This document shows positions 52,063-59,936 of a stretch of 63,134 bases of DNA, piece by piece; within the stretch, counting starts at the first letter, position 1, and each line of letters starts with the position of its first letter. The position numbers were made by a program, and so were the translations under genes. The DNA lies in IMG/VR virus record IMGVR_UViG_3300044946_000158, positions 1 to 63,134 of that record; one strand, 5' to 3'. The DNA is from a virus (lineage: Duplodnaviria; Caudoviricetes). Under the pieces are notes generated by a model. It was not told the origin of the DNA and searched no databases. It saw nothing but the letters and a program-made list of their open reading frames with translations.

Positions 52063-52190
52063 CACCCAAACCTCTTCACAATCCGGCGCAAGCAGGCCAT
52101 CTCCAGCGGGTCCTTGCGCAGCAGCACGCAGTGGAGGCACATGCATTTCTGCGGCGGCGGCGCGGCGGGCTTGTCCTTGAACTCGGGCAT
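52062..52190 (-). CDS. small Cys-rich protein (first gene of the - arm)
   Basis: SD AAGGA; CMCLHC...C. Confidence 0.5.
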   Translation of the reverse strand: MPEFKDKPAAPPPQKCMCLHCVLLRKDPLEMACLRRIVKRFG

Positions 52191-52265
52191 GCTAGTTCCT
52201 TGGAGGGGGCTCCACAACAGGCGGTTGGCAGCCGCCAGCCCCCTCATTACACACTACTTACAGGC

Positions 52266-52295
52266 AGCCTAGCATAGTATTCGCGAAAATGTCAA
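52266..52295 (-). promoter_or_regulatory. sigma70-like leftward promoter
   Basis: On the - strand: TTGACA-18 nt-TAGGCT with TG extension. Confidence 0.55.
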
Positions 52296-52452
52296 GTGAA
52301 AGGTTAACCTCCAGCATGCCAATTGCGGTCGCGATGGTAGCGGGAAGGGTAAAAATATAAAAAATGTGCGCGTACAGACCGGCGGGGCGTGGCGCCGCCA
52401 TCTCGCCCCCTCATCCCGGACAACTCGCGGCCTATGACTATCAGGACCATTG

Positions 52453-52497
52453 GTACGCATAGTACGCATAGTAGGACCAGTACCATCAGTACCGATT
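52453..52497. repeat. 9-nt-period degenerate tandem repeat (GTA[C/G]xxxxA)
   Basis: GTACGCATA GTACGCATA GTAGGACCA GTACCATCA GTACCGATT. Confidence 0.7.
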
Positions 52498-52790
52498 GCG
52501 TGTGTGCGCGGGGGATCGCGGGGGCGCGTCGCGTCGGTGACGCCGGGCGCGGGTGACCCGGCCGGCGCTGGGGGACAAGCGGTCAGCCACGGACGGACCT
52601 AGCACACATGGTACTAGTACTACCGTGCCCACTAATGGGCATGATCACAATTTGCGGACACGTCCCCTCCCATCCCACACAACTTGTCATACCGTGTCTT
52701 TTACACCACAAGTTTGTTGTATTGTTACCACACTGGCGGTGACACTTTGCGTCTACATGCATTATTATTGTACTTATTCGCATTTTGTGC

Positions 52791-52820
52791 TTGACACGCC
52801 GTATGTGGTGAGCGCATTAT
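52791..52820 (+). promoter_or_regulatory. sigma70-like early promoter
   Basis: TTGACA(52791-96)-18 nt-CATTAT, with an AT-rich upstream tract. Confidence 0.55.
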
Positions 52821-52886
52821 GTGGGAGTACGGTAATTGCAGTCCTTGATTGTACGCGGTTCATGATAAGCAGCACTTGGAGGCACA

Positions 52887-52916
52887 ATGACACGCTCTGT
52901 TATTTGGGGACGCTAG
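52887..52916 (+). CDS. 9-codon leader ORF MTRSVIWGR
   Basis: SD GGAGG 4 nt upstream; stop precedes hairpin 1. Confidence 0.3.
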   Translation: MTRSVIWGR

Positions 52917-52919
52917 GCC

Positions 52920-52969
52920 GAGTTAGCAGCATACGCCATGCGTGCGCGTGTGGCGTGCGAAGTTAACTC
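52920..52969 (+). promoter_or_regulatory. conserved intergenic RNA hairpin 1 (RNase III-site-like)
   Basis: GAGUUAGC-AG-stem-AA-GUUAACUC. Confidence 0.7.
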
Positions 52970-52982
52970 TGGAGGCGCAATC

Positions 52983-53266
52983 GTGATAAGCATACATGAC
53001 AAACTATTACACGCGGTAACGGAGTACGATCGCAAGCAAAGCACGAAACGCGGCTATAACGTGTGGGCCTTGCCTCAGTACTTGGGGGCAATCAATGAAC
53101 GTGTTATTCCCGCAATCGAGCAAGGCGTGCCAATTCGCAAGGCCATTCTGCGGGGATTCTGCGGGGATTCTGCGGGCGATTGGCTACGGTATGCCTGAAA
53201 GCGGTAGGTGAGACGGCTATCACTATCGAGGAATCGCGCGGGAGCCTATCGGATTACGGCTATTGA
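52983..53266 (+). pseudogene. early gene frameshifted by an extra 11-nt tandem unit
   Basis: GTG start after GGAGG; 3x ATTCTGCGGG(G/C) at 53145-53177; removing one unit extends the frame to TGA 53264-66 at hairpin 2. Confidence 0.6.
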
Positions 53267-53322
53267 GTTAGCAGCATCGTGTCCCTCGCGCGCGGGTGCG
53301 GGGGATAGGGTGAAGTTAACTC
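53265..53322 (+). promoter_or_regulatory. conserved intergenic RNA hairpin 2
   Basis: GAGUUAGC-AG-17-position stem with G-U pairs-AA-GUUAACUC. Confidence 0.75.
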
Positions 53323-53338
53323 TTTTGAGGAGGCGACA

Positions 53339-53737
53339 ATGTACGATTCACTAGGAACGATTCGCGAGTTTAAGACACGCAACTTTCGCGTGGTAGTGGA
53401 TGCCATACCAGAGGAGTACCTAGACCTGTCGTTTGATGACACCGGCGAAGTGGCACGCAAACTGGATAATGGCACGTTTATCGCGTTTGTGGCGCGTGCA
53501 CGCGTGTTTCTGCGTGGGAGCGAGGTCGGAAGCGATTATCTTGGAGGGTGCATCTACGAATCGCTGGACGCATTCCAAGACCATATCGAATGTGGCAAGC
53601 AGAATCGCAAATGGGAGAGGCAAGGTAAGGAAGGGCGTTGTGGGAGCTACTTCCACCAAATGATTAACGAAGCGTGCGCGGAGGCAAGGAAACACGTCGC
53701 GGAACTGGCAAGCGTGCGTGTACGCAAGGCGAGTTAA
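53339..53737 (+). CDS. hypothetical early protein (GSDYLGGCIY motif)
   Basis: SD GAGGAGG. Confidence 0.8.
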   Translation: MYDSLGTIREFKTRNFRVVVDAIPEEYLDLSFDDTGEVARKLDNGTFIAFVARARVFLRGSEVGSDYLGGCIYESLDAFQDHIECGKQNRKWERQGKEGRCGSYFHQMINEACAEARKHVAELASVRVRKAS

Positions 53738-53787
53738 CCGCTTCACGCGCCCGCGCACGGTCGGGGGGCGCGTGGGGAAGTTAACCC
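53731..53787 (+). promoter_or_regulatory. conserved intergenic RNA hairpin 3
   Basis: GAGUUAAC-CG-12-bp stem-AA-GUUAACCC. Confidence 0.7.
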
Positions 53788-53826
53788 AAAGGGCCGTGCC
53801 CACCTAACGGGCACAGAGGAGATAAC

Positions 53827-54627
53827 ATGGTCTCAAATCAACCGATGGATAATTACCAGATACAGCGGTTCGCGCCGTCAGTATTCGCGGGTCAACCGTC
53901 ATTACGCCAGTCTGATCGTTATGCGTTCATCCCTACTATCGACGTGGTGGAAGCGATGCGTGCAGCCAGCTGGAACGTGGTGATGGCTAGCGAATCGCGC
54001 ACGCGGGATGAGCAACGCAAGGGGTACACCAAGCATATGTTGCGGTTCCGGCCCGCGAACGTATCACTCGCTACCGTTGGGGATTCGATCATCGAAGTGG
54101 TGTTGATTAACTCTCACGACGGCTCTAGTCAATATTCGCTGCAAGCTGGCGTGTTCCGCCTAGTTTGCTCTAACGGCATGGTAGTGGCCGATTCGCTGGT
54201 GGATGCGATTAAGGTCAGGCACACGGGGAATGTTATCGACATGGTGGTGGATGGCTCCGCGCGGATTTTGGAGAATGCGCCAGTCGTACAGAACACTATC
54301 CAATCCTGGAAGCAAATCACACTCACAGCGGGCGAACAGCAATTGCTCGCGGAGGGTGCTCACACGTTGCGATTCGAGGATGAGACCGCAATTCAGCCCG
54401 CACAACTGCTTAGGCCACGACGCTACGGTGATAACGGTTCGTCGCTCTGGAACACGTTCAACCGGATTCAAGAGCATGTTATCAAGGGTGGCGACCGTGC
54501 GTACGATTCGCAGGCGCATCGTCGCGTGCGCAGTCGCGAGGTCAAGAATATCGACGGCAACACGAAGCTCAACAAGGCTCTGTGGTCGCTAGCAGAGGGT
54601 ATGGCTAAGTTGAAATTGGCCGCATAG
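53827..54627 (+). CDS. DUF932-family protein
   Basis: APSVFA...SDRY.FIPT, KHMLRFR, NSHDGSS, AGVFRLVCSNGM, LW..FN.IQE. Confidence 0.88.
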   Translation: MVSNQPMDNYQIQRFAPSVFAGQPSLRQSDRYAFIPTIDVVEAMRAASWNVVMASESRTRDEQRKGYTKHMLRFRPANVSLATVGDSIIEVVLINSHDGSSQYSLQAGVFRLVCSNGMVVADSLVDAIKVRHTGNVIDMVVDGSARILENAPVVQNTIQSWKQITLTAGEQQLLAEGAHTLRFEDETAIQPAQLLRPRRYGDNGSSLWNTFNRIQEHVIKGGDRAYDSQAHRRVRSREVKNIDGNTKLNKALWSLAEGMAKLKLAA

Positions 54628-54683
54628 TGACCAGTCTCCGGCCCATGCCGCATCCCTGAGCGTGGGCCGGGGGAAGTTCACTC
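54625..54683 (+). promoter_or_regulatory. conserved intergenic RNA hairpin 4
   Basis: AGUGACC-AG-14-bp stem-AA-GUUCACU. Confidence 0.65.
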
Positions 54684-54703
54684 GCGGTACTGAGGAGGCA
54701 AAC

Positions 54704-55600
54704 GTGAATCTATCGAGCGTCACGAGGTACGCGCGAGGCAAGGCGCCGTTTATCGGCATTCCTTACCTCAGCGTGGCAGAAGGGAAGTATCAGACGGCGG
54801 TGTTTCACCGTCAGCACCTGTCCGCGTTTCTGACCTGTCCGCAACTGACCACGGCGAAGTATGACGAACGCGAGCACCTGCTAGTTTTGAGTGGGAGCAA
54901 GGGACGGTTACGCGCGGAGTACCGCCTGAAGGACCTGCGGGCGTTCGATGGCGGGCGGGTGTGGCAGGTCCGTAGTGCACACGAAACATGGGCGAGGGGC
55001 CAGCGCACGTCGGCGGTCAAACGCAACCTGTCGCCGGAAGCGCGCAAGGTCATCAAGTTGGAATTTGAGATTGGCAAGCTGGAACGCAAGCGTGAGCGGG
55101 AGTTTTTCAACCTGAGCGTGCCGCGTAGTCCCATGCTGCCCAGATTATACGGGCCAGCGTCCGACAGTCACCGTAAGCAAGAGCGGCGATGGCATGATGA
55201 GAAGCCCGTGCGCCAGCGTCTCGGATGGCTGGCCCATCGCACCCGCAAGACTTGGGCAGAGTTCTACTGCGACGCGGAGGCCATTCTCGGGCGTCCGATT
55301 GATTCCTTGCGGCGGCATGATCGGGTGTGCGGTCGCAAGTGCGGGCCGGACCGTCTCGACTACCTGAAACACTTCGCAAAGTATCTGGGCATGGCTGACA
55401 AGCCGTATCGCTCGAATCAGTGGGACCCACTCGAACGTGAGAAGTACGGGGAGCACTTCGGCAAGACTCAGGTGGAAGTTCACCGTCACGCGCAGATTGA
55501 ATATCTAGATAAGTTACACAGGCGGGCCGCGCTAGACGATGAGATTGCCAATATCCGCAGCATGATCGCGGACCTGCAAGTTACGGAGGTAACACAATGA
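54704..55600 (+). CDS. hypothetical basic protein
   Basis: SD GAGGAGG before GTG 54704. Confidence 0.75.
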   Translation: MNLSSVTRYARGKAPFIGIPYLSVAEGKYQTAVFHRQHLSAFLTCPQLTTAKYDEREHLLVLSGSKGRLRAEYRLKDLRAFDGGRVWQVRSAHETWARGQRTSAVKRNLSPEARKVIKLEFEIGKLERKREREFFNLSVPRSPMLPRLYGPASDSHRKQERRWHDEKPVRQRLGWLAHRTRKTWAEFYCDAEAILGRPIDSLRRHDRVCGRKCGPDRLDYLKHFAKYLGMADKPYRSNQWDPLEREKYGEHFGKTQVEVHRHAQIEYLDKLHRRAALDDEIANIRSMIADLQVTEVTQ

Positions 55601-55797
55601 GCGACACACAGGCGGCGGGGCATCGCATTAAATTATCAGGGGCACAGGTCACGCGCGTGCAGGAAGCGCTCACGCGCTATCACGAAAATTGTCGGACCAC
55701 TGACTATGACACGAAGGCCGCGTACATCCCCCCGCAGATCGCTACGGAAGACTTGGTAAACGACATTCTCGACGTGGTGATGGCGGTGCAATCGTGA
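55597..55797 (+). CDS. hypothetical protein
   Basis: SD GGAGG; ATGA overlap. Confidence 0.7.
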   Translation: MSDTQAAGHRIKLSGAQVTRVQEALTRYHENCRTTDYDTKAAYIPPQIATEDLVNDILDVVMAVQS

Positions 55798-55946
55798 CCG
55801 CCGACCTGCTAGCCGTCGCGTTGCTCGCCATGGGCCTAGGGTATGCGCTGCGCCGCTGGTGGCGGGAGTCGCATCCGTACTCGTGGCAGCGGAATCGCAT
55901 GGTGCGGGCCAGGATGCGGGCGTATCGCGAGGGGAGGGGGCGATGA
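55794..55946 (+). CDS. small membrane-anchored basic protein (50 aa)
   Basis: GTGA and ATGA overlaps; N-terminal TM then Arg-rich. Confidence 0.5.
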   Translation: MTADLLAVALLAMGLGYALRRWWRESHPYSWQRNRMVRARMRAYREGRGR

Positions 55947-56164
55947 GCCTCGATAAAAGTATACCGGATCTGAGCGATTCACTAGACCGTCTGACCGTTA
56001 CCGCACTGCGCGTCAAAGCGGAGCGCGATGAGTTTCTCCGCGTTCTAGATTTAACCTACCCAATACTCGCACAGTTGGCTATCGGCGGGGGTGTGGAAAT
56101 TGAGTACGCAGAGAAAGTCTTTGCGCAAGTCGGCTCCGCATTGGCCAAAGTAGGTGTGCGATGA
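55943..56164 (+). CDS. hypothetical protein
   Basis: SD GGAGG. Confidence 0.65.
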   Translation: MSLDKSIPDLSDSLDRLTVTALRVKAERDEFLRVLDLTYPILAQLAIGGGVEIEYAEKVFAQVGSALAKVGVR

Positions 56165-56484
56165 GCCAGCACACACCTGCACCATGGACAGTCAACGGTC
56201 CCAGCAAGCCCGATAACACAGGCGGGCGTGACTACTGCGTTGTCGACATGGACGACAAAATTATCGCAGAGTGTTTCGAGCATGTGGGCCGTCTGCCAGA
56301 TAATACCTATGACACGCGGCCCGCGTATGATAACGCACGGCTGATCGCCGCTGCGCCGGACCTGCTCGACGCGCTCAAGCTGGCAATCCCGTTGATGGTT
56401 GGTGCGCTTGCATTCGTAGATTGTAAAGCACAACTACAAACCGCACGCGAGGCCATCGCCAAGGCCACGGCGGTGCAACCATGA
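56161..56484 (+). CDS. conserved phage protein (HTPxPW...NARLIAAAPDLL)
   Basis: Well-known phage early-gene motif. Confidence 0.8.
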   Translation: MSQHTPAPWTVNGPSKPDNTGGRDYCVVDMDDKIIAECFEHVGRLPDNTYDTRPAYDNARLIAAAPDLLDALKLAIPLMVGALAFVDCKAQLQTAREAIAKATAVQP

Positions 56485-56678
56485 GCACGCATCCCATCCC
56501 CGCAACCCTGCGGCGCATCCCCCGCGAATCCCTGTACCTGTCCTGCCACGGCGCGAATCTCGGCCGCGAACTGGCCGCGTGCGACCATGAGGACGGGGAG
56601 GTGTACGCGAGGCTCAACCGGCCCGAGGACCTGATGGAATACCGCCACGCGATTCGGGAGGTGGACGATGTTTCGTGA
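56481..56678 (+). CDS. hypothetical protein
   Basis: ATGA overlap. Confidence 0.6.
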   Translation: MSTHPIPATLRRIPRESLYLSCHGANLGRELAACDHEDGEVYARLNRPEDLMEYRHAIREVDDVS

Positions 56679-57162
56679 TTACGAACCACCCGACGAACGC
56701 TCCCAGACTCCTGAAAACTGGGGCCGCACGCCGGAGGAAACGGACTGGCTCCTGCACTCTGAGCTGCCGGAGTACGAGCCGCCCGACGAGTGCGGCATTC
56801 CCGAACGCGACATGTTCGACTACCCGCCCGACGAATACGACGCTTGGCTCGACGGCCTCCACGACGCCCGCGACGTGGAACCCATCGCGGAGCCGCCGGA
56901 TGACTTGTACGACCCCCAGCGGGAACGCGCCGAGGACCGCCAGGACGCGATCGCGGCCCTGGACGACGCACAGGTCACCGCCGACCCGTTCGATGCGCTG
57001 CTCGCAGAGGCGTATGCAGCGAGGCTCCACAGTCACGATTGCCACGAGTGCGGGCGGAAACAGTTCCCATGCGCCAGCGTGCCGTGTGAGTTCCGGCCGT
57101 TCGACCGGGCTGGCGACGGCCGCAGGTGGCGGTGTCACGATTGTAAGGGGGCGACGACATGA
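56668..57162 (+). CDS. highly acidic protein with (Y)EPPD repeats and a C-terminal Cys cluster
   Basis: SD GGAGG; composition. Confidence 0.7.
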   Translation: MFRDYEPPDERSQTPENWGRTPEETDWLLHSELPEYEPPDECGIPERDMFDYPPDEYDAWLDGLHDARDVEPIAEPPDDLYDPQRERAEDRQDAIAALDDAQVTADPFDALLAEAYAARLHSHDCHECGRKQFPCASVPCEFRPFDRAGDGRRWRCHDCKGATT

Positions 57163-57347
57163 GCGACAAGAAAGTTTATTTGGGAGACGCTGTATATGCT
57201 CGGCATGACGGCTACTCACTAATTCTCACAACAGAGGACGGCATCCGGGCCACCAACGAAATATATCTTGAGCCACAGGTGGTTCATGAACTGCTCGCGT
57301 ACCTACAGAACCTTGGGGTACCGTACATTGGATTGGTGCGACCGTGA
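57159..57347 (+). CDS. conserved small phage protein (YLGDAVY...DG...IYLEP.V)
   Basis: Recognisable motif; ATGA overlap. Confidence 0.75.
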   Translation: MSDKKVYLGDAVYARHDGYSLILTTEDGIRATNEIYLEPQVVHELLAYLQNLGVPYIGLVRP

Positions 57348-57409
57348 CCCTCGGACGCCTCATCTTCATCCTGCTGATCATCGCCGTGGGCCTGCTGGAA
57401 GCCTTGTGA
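57344..57409 (+). CDS. 21-aa hydrophobic micro-ORF
   Basis: GTGA overlaps at both ends; single TM. Confidence 0.35.
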   Translation: MTLGRLIFILLIIAVGLLEAL

Positions 57410-57630
57410 TAATCCATACCGTGTTCACTTGCGGCAAGAAATGTGACGGCTGTCGTCATGAGGATTACCCAGACCAAGATGCGGTCAAGCCTGGAGATGC
57501 GGTAGCCATTGATGTGTCTGCTTTCAAAAAGGCTCCGTGTGGCGGGCGTATGTGGTTAATTGTGGGTGGTCCACATATCGGCAGTGGTGGGAACGGCGTC
57601 TGCGAGTACAACATCCTCATCGGGGACTAG
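57406..57630 (+). CDS. small Cys-rich protein
   Basis: GTG start overlapping the previous stop. Confidence 0.5.
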   Translation: MIIHTVFTCGKKCDGCRHEDYPDQDAVKPGDAVAIDVSAFKKAPCGGRMWLIVGGPHIGSGGNGVCEYNILIGD

Positions 57631-58085
57631 CGCACTCTGAACGTGCGCCAAGCGGCGTCATACCTCGGGAACGTCGGCGTGGTCTGATTGCTGCGCCCGA
57701 CCGCCACATTCCACCCGGACCACGCGGCCACCGGGGCATCGTTCAGGAGTTCGTTGCGCCACCCGCCGCGCCAGTGCTCGCGACCGTAGATGGAGAGTAT
57801 GGCGGTGCCCAGTGACACGCCGCCGCGCAATTCCTCGCGCGCACGGAACTCGCCGTATCCGCCATCCGGGCAATGTATGAGGTCGTTGCGCTGCCGGCAG
57901 GCGTGGATCTCGTGCGTGGCGTACAGCGAGGAGCCGACCGCCACCGCGAGGATGGCCCAGTTGACCCGATCGCGATACCAATGATGCCGCGCGGCTGGGG
58001 GCGCCGGGGATAGCGATTGCCCGCACACGCAGGCGGGCAGGGCGACGAACAGCGCGAGCGGGAGTATCCGGGCCAGGATTCTCAT
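57627..58085 (-). CDS. exported/membrane protein
   Basis: Signal-like N-terminus and additional hydrophobic helices. Confidence 0.6.
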   Translation of the reverse strand: MRILARILPLALFVALPACVCGQSLSPAPPAARHHWYRDRVNWAILAVAVGSSLYATHEIHACRQRNDLIHCPDGGYGEFRAREELRGGVSLGTAILSIYGREHWRGGWRNELLNDAPVAAWSGWNVAVGRSNQTTPTFPRYDAAWRTFRVR

Positions 58086-58191
58086 GTCCCAGACGATGCC
58101 GCGCGGCGTTGCGGGTGTCAAGGGGAAATATCGCGCGTTGGAGACGAGCCTGCCCGTGAAGTGTGAAATTCGTCCCAGTTTTGGTTTGAAA

Positions 58192-59058
58192 TTAGTACGG
58201 AACCCAATACTGCTTACTCAATCTCTCCAGCGAAAAGGCCCCGCAGAAGGTCTGAGTGTGGTAATTGACCGCGTGACCGCACTTTTTGCACCTCGGTCGA
58301 CGCGTCTTAATCGTCTTGGTGGGGTCATTCGGGTCCGGTTCGACGACCAAAATGGTTAATGGGCATTCCCTATTAACCAATTTGCTCGGCAGGGTCACGA
58401 CGTACTGGTGGCAGCCTCGCAGGATGAACTCGTATTCGGCACGCAGGCGGTGATCGTCCTTCGGCAGTTCCGACAGGGTTACATGCTCTAAGACTTTCGC
58501 GAAGTCGGCCTTGTGCCGAATCGCCACTAGCATCCTGACCTCAACCTTGGCGTGAATCGCCTGCAGGATGTTGATTCGCAACGCATTGGTAAGCACGCGA
58601 GCATAAATCACCTTGGTTACTAGCTGGCCACGCCGGGGCACGGTCTTGGCGAACACACAATCCGGCAGCATGGTCCGAATCACGTGATGAATGTGTTTGA
58701 TGTTCCGGGTGGAGTGTTCGAGCGAAAATTCGTGAAATATCTCTAGGTGGGTGAAATGATCCGTAACCAGCGTCTCCATGAGCCTGTACCGCGAGAACTG
58801 CTTCATGGCCTGGATGTCCCCGCATCCCACACAGCAACGTAATTTACATTGCGAGATATTCTGACGCTGCACCGGGTGTTCGTCATGGCGCACGAAACAA
58901 TACTTGTCCCCGCAGGCGTCGAGCCGACGAGCCTTTGTTTCGTCGCCCAAGAGTTCAGCCAGAACCTGGGCTTCAGGGGACAGCGGCGGCAAGGATGGTT
59001 CTTGGTCGAGTTGGGCTAGTTGCTGGGGGGTTAGAACTAAACTTGGGGACGTGGCCAC
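58192..59058 (-). CDS. rolling-circle Rep-like protein with N-terminal Zn-binding module, HUH motifs degenerate
   Basis: SD AAGGAG before GTG 59058; RRL.ACG...C..R.C..CG like Rep_1/IS91 Zn domain; C-terminal CKKCG. Confidence 0.5.
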   Translation of the reverse strand: MATSPSLVLTPQQLAQLDQEPSLPPLSPEAQVLAELLGDETKARRLDACGDKYCFVRHDEHPVQRQNISQCKLRCCVGCGDIQAMKQFSRYRLMETLVTDHFTHLEIFHEFSLEHSTRNIKHIHHVIRTMLPDCVFAKTVPRRGQLVTKVIYARVLTNALRINILQAIHAKVEVRMLVAIRHKADFAKVLEHVTLSELPKDDHRLRAEYEFILRGCHQYVVTLPSKLVNRECPLTILVVEPDPNDPTKTIKTRRPRCKKCGHAVNYHTQTFCGAFSLERLSKQYWVPY

Positions 59059-59382
59059 AAGGATTTCTCCTTCGGTGATTTCAATAGGATTTATTTGCTG
59101 TACTGGGATAAGGGGAGGTTCAGGAACCGCGGGGGGAGCGCTTTGAAAGTAAGAATGGGTAGGTGGCAGTCCATCCCGACCGCCACCCGCCACGCAAACA
59201 AACCCGCGAAATCCCTGGGGAGGACCCCAAGTACGAGGGTAACTTGGCCACAGTACCACACTCTTTGTCAAGAGGTAAATACATTTATTTTATGAGAATT
59301 ATTCAATAAATCCTGTATAGTCATCCATATAGACATCCATTCCATCCATTCCATGTATAATAGTTATCCTCAAAGATACCTG

Positions 59383-59411
59383 TTGACATCAGGCGGGGAG
59401 TGTGGTATTCC
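59383..59411 (+). promoter_or_regulatory. sigma70-like promoter
   Basis: TTGACA-17 nt-TATTCC with TG extension, followed by SD GAGGAGG. Confidence 0.45.
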
Positions 59412-59438
59412 GGTACGGACCACTGAGGAGGTATCCAC

Positions 59439-59711
59439 ATGGGCGACATGGCCGACATGGAACGGGATAGATGCTTAGACGACGATGATTTCGAAAACTT
59501 TCTCGAAGTCAGTTTTAATCGTCCTGATCCTACACGATCTGTGTGGGTTACGCGTGAGGGCGTCAGGGTCCCGATCGTGAAAATGTCCAATCGTCACCTC
59601 CTGAACACGATCCGCATGCTCCGGCGCAAGGGCATCGGCGAGCGCGAGCCGGGGACACCGTTTTTCGATACAATGTTAAAGGTTGCACGTAAACGTAAGT
59701 TAACAAAGTAA
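59439..59711 (+). CDS. conserved phage protein (W.T..G....I..M...HL.N.I.ML)
   Basis: SD GAGGAGG; motif. Confidence 0.75.
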   Translation: MGDMADMERDRCLDDDDFENFLEVSFNRPDPTRSVWVTREGVRVPIVKMSNRHLLNTIRMLRRKGIGEREPGTPFFDTMLKVARKRKLTK

Positions 59712-59726
59712 TTGAGGAGGACTCCG

Positions 59727-59936
59727 ATGTGCCCTTCTAAGCTACAGACGCCTACGCCTACGACGCTGGTCGACACCCTGACCTATTCCTCCTACGCCCA
59801 CAACCGCCAGCTGACCCCATACGTAACGCCCGAGCAATGGCGGGTAGTGTTCGGTGAGCGCACCGCGGCACTGGAGGCGAGGTATCAGGACGAATGCCGC
59901 GAGGTGATGTCGCGGGCGCTGGAGGGACGGCTGTGA
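59727..59936 (+). CDS. hypothetical protein
   Basis: SD GAGGAGG. Confidence 0.7.
   Translation: MCPSKLQTPTPTTLVDTLTYSSYAHNRQLTPYVTPEQWRVVFGERTAALEARYQDECREVMSRALEGRL

Noticed and set aside
52553-52966. 137-aa ORF in the hinge region
   Set aside because: No SD, atypical composition, and it overlaps the promoter and hairpin
52920-54683. CRISPR mini-array or intrinsic terminators
   Set aside because: Copies are separated by whole genes, are conserved in structure rather than sequence, and mostly lack U-tracts
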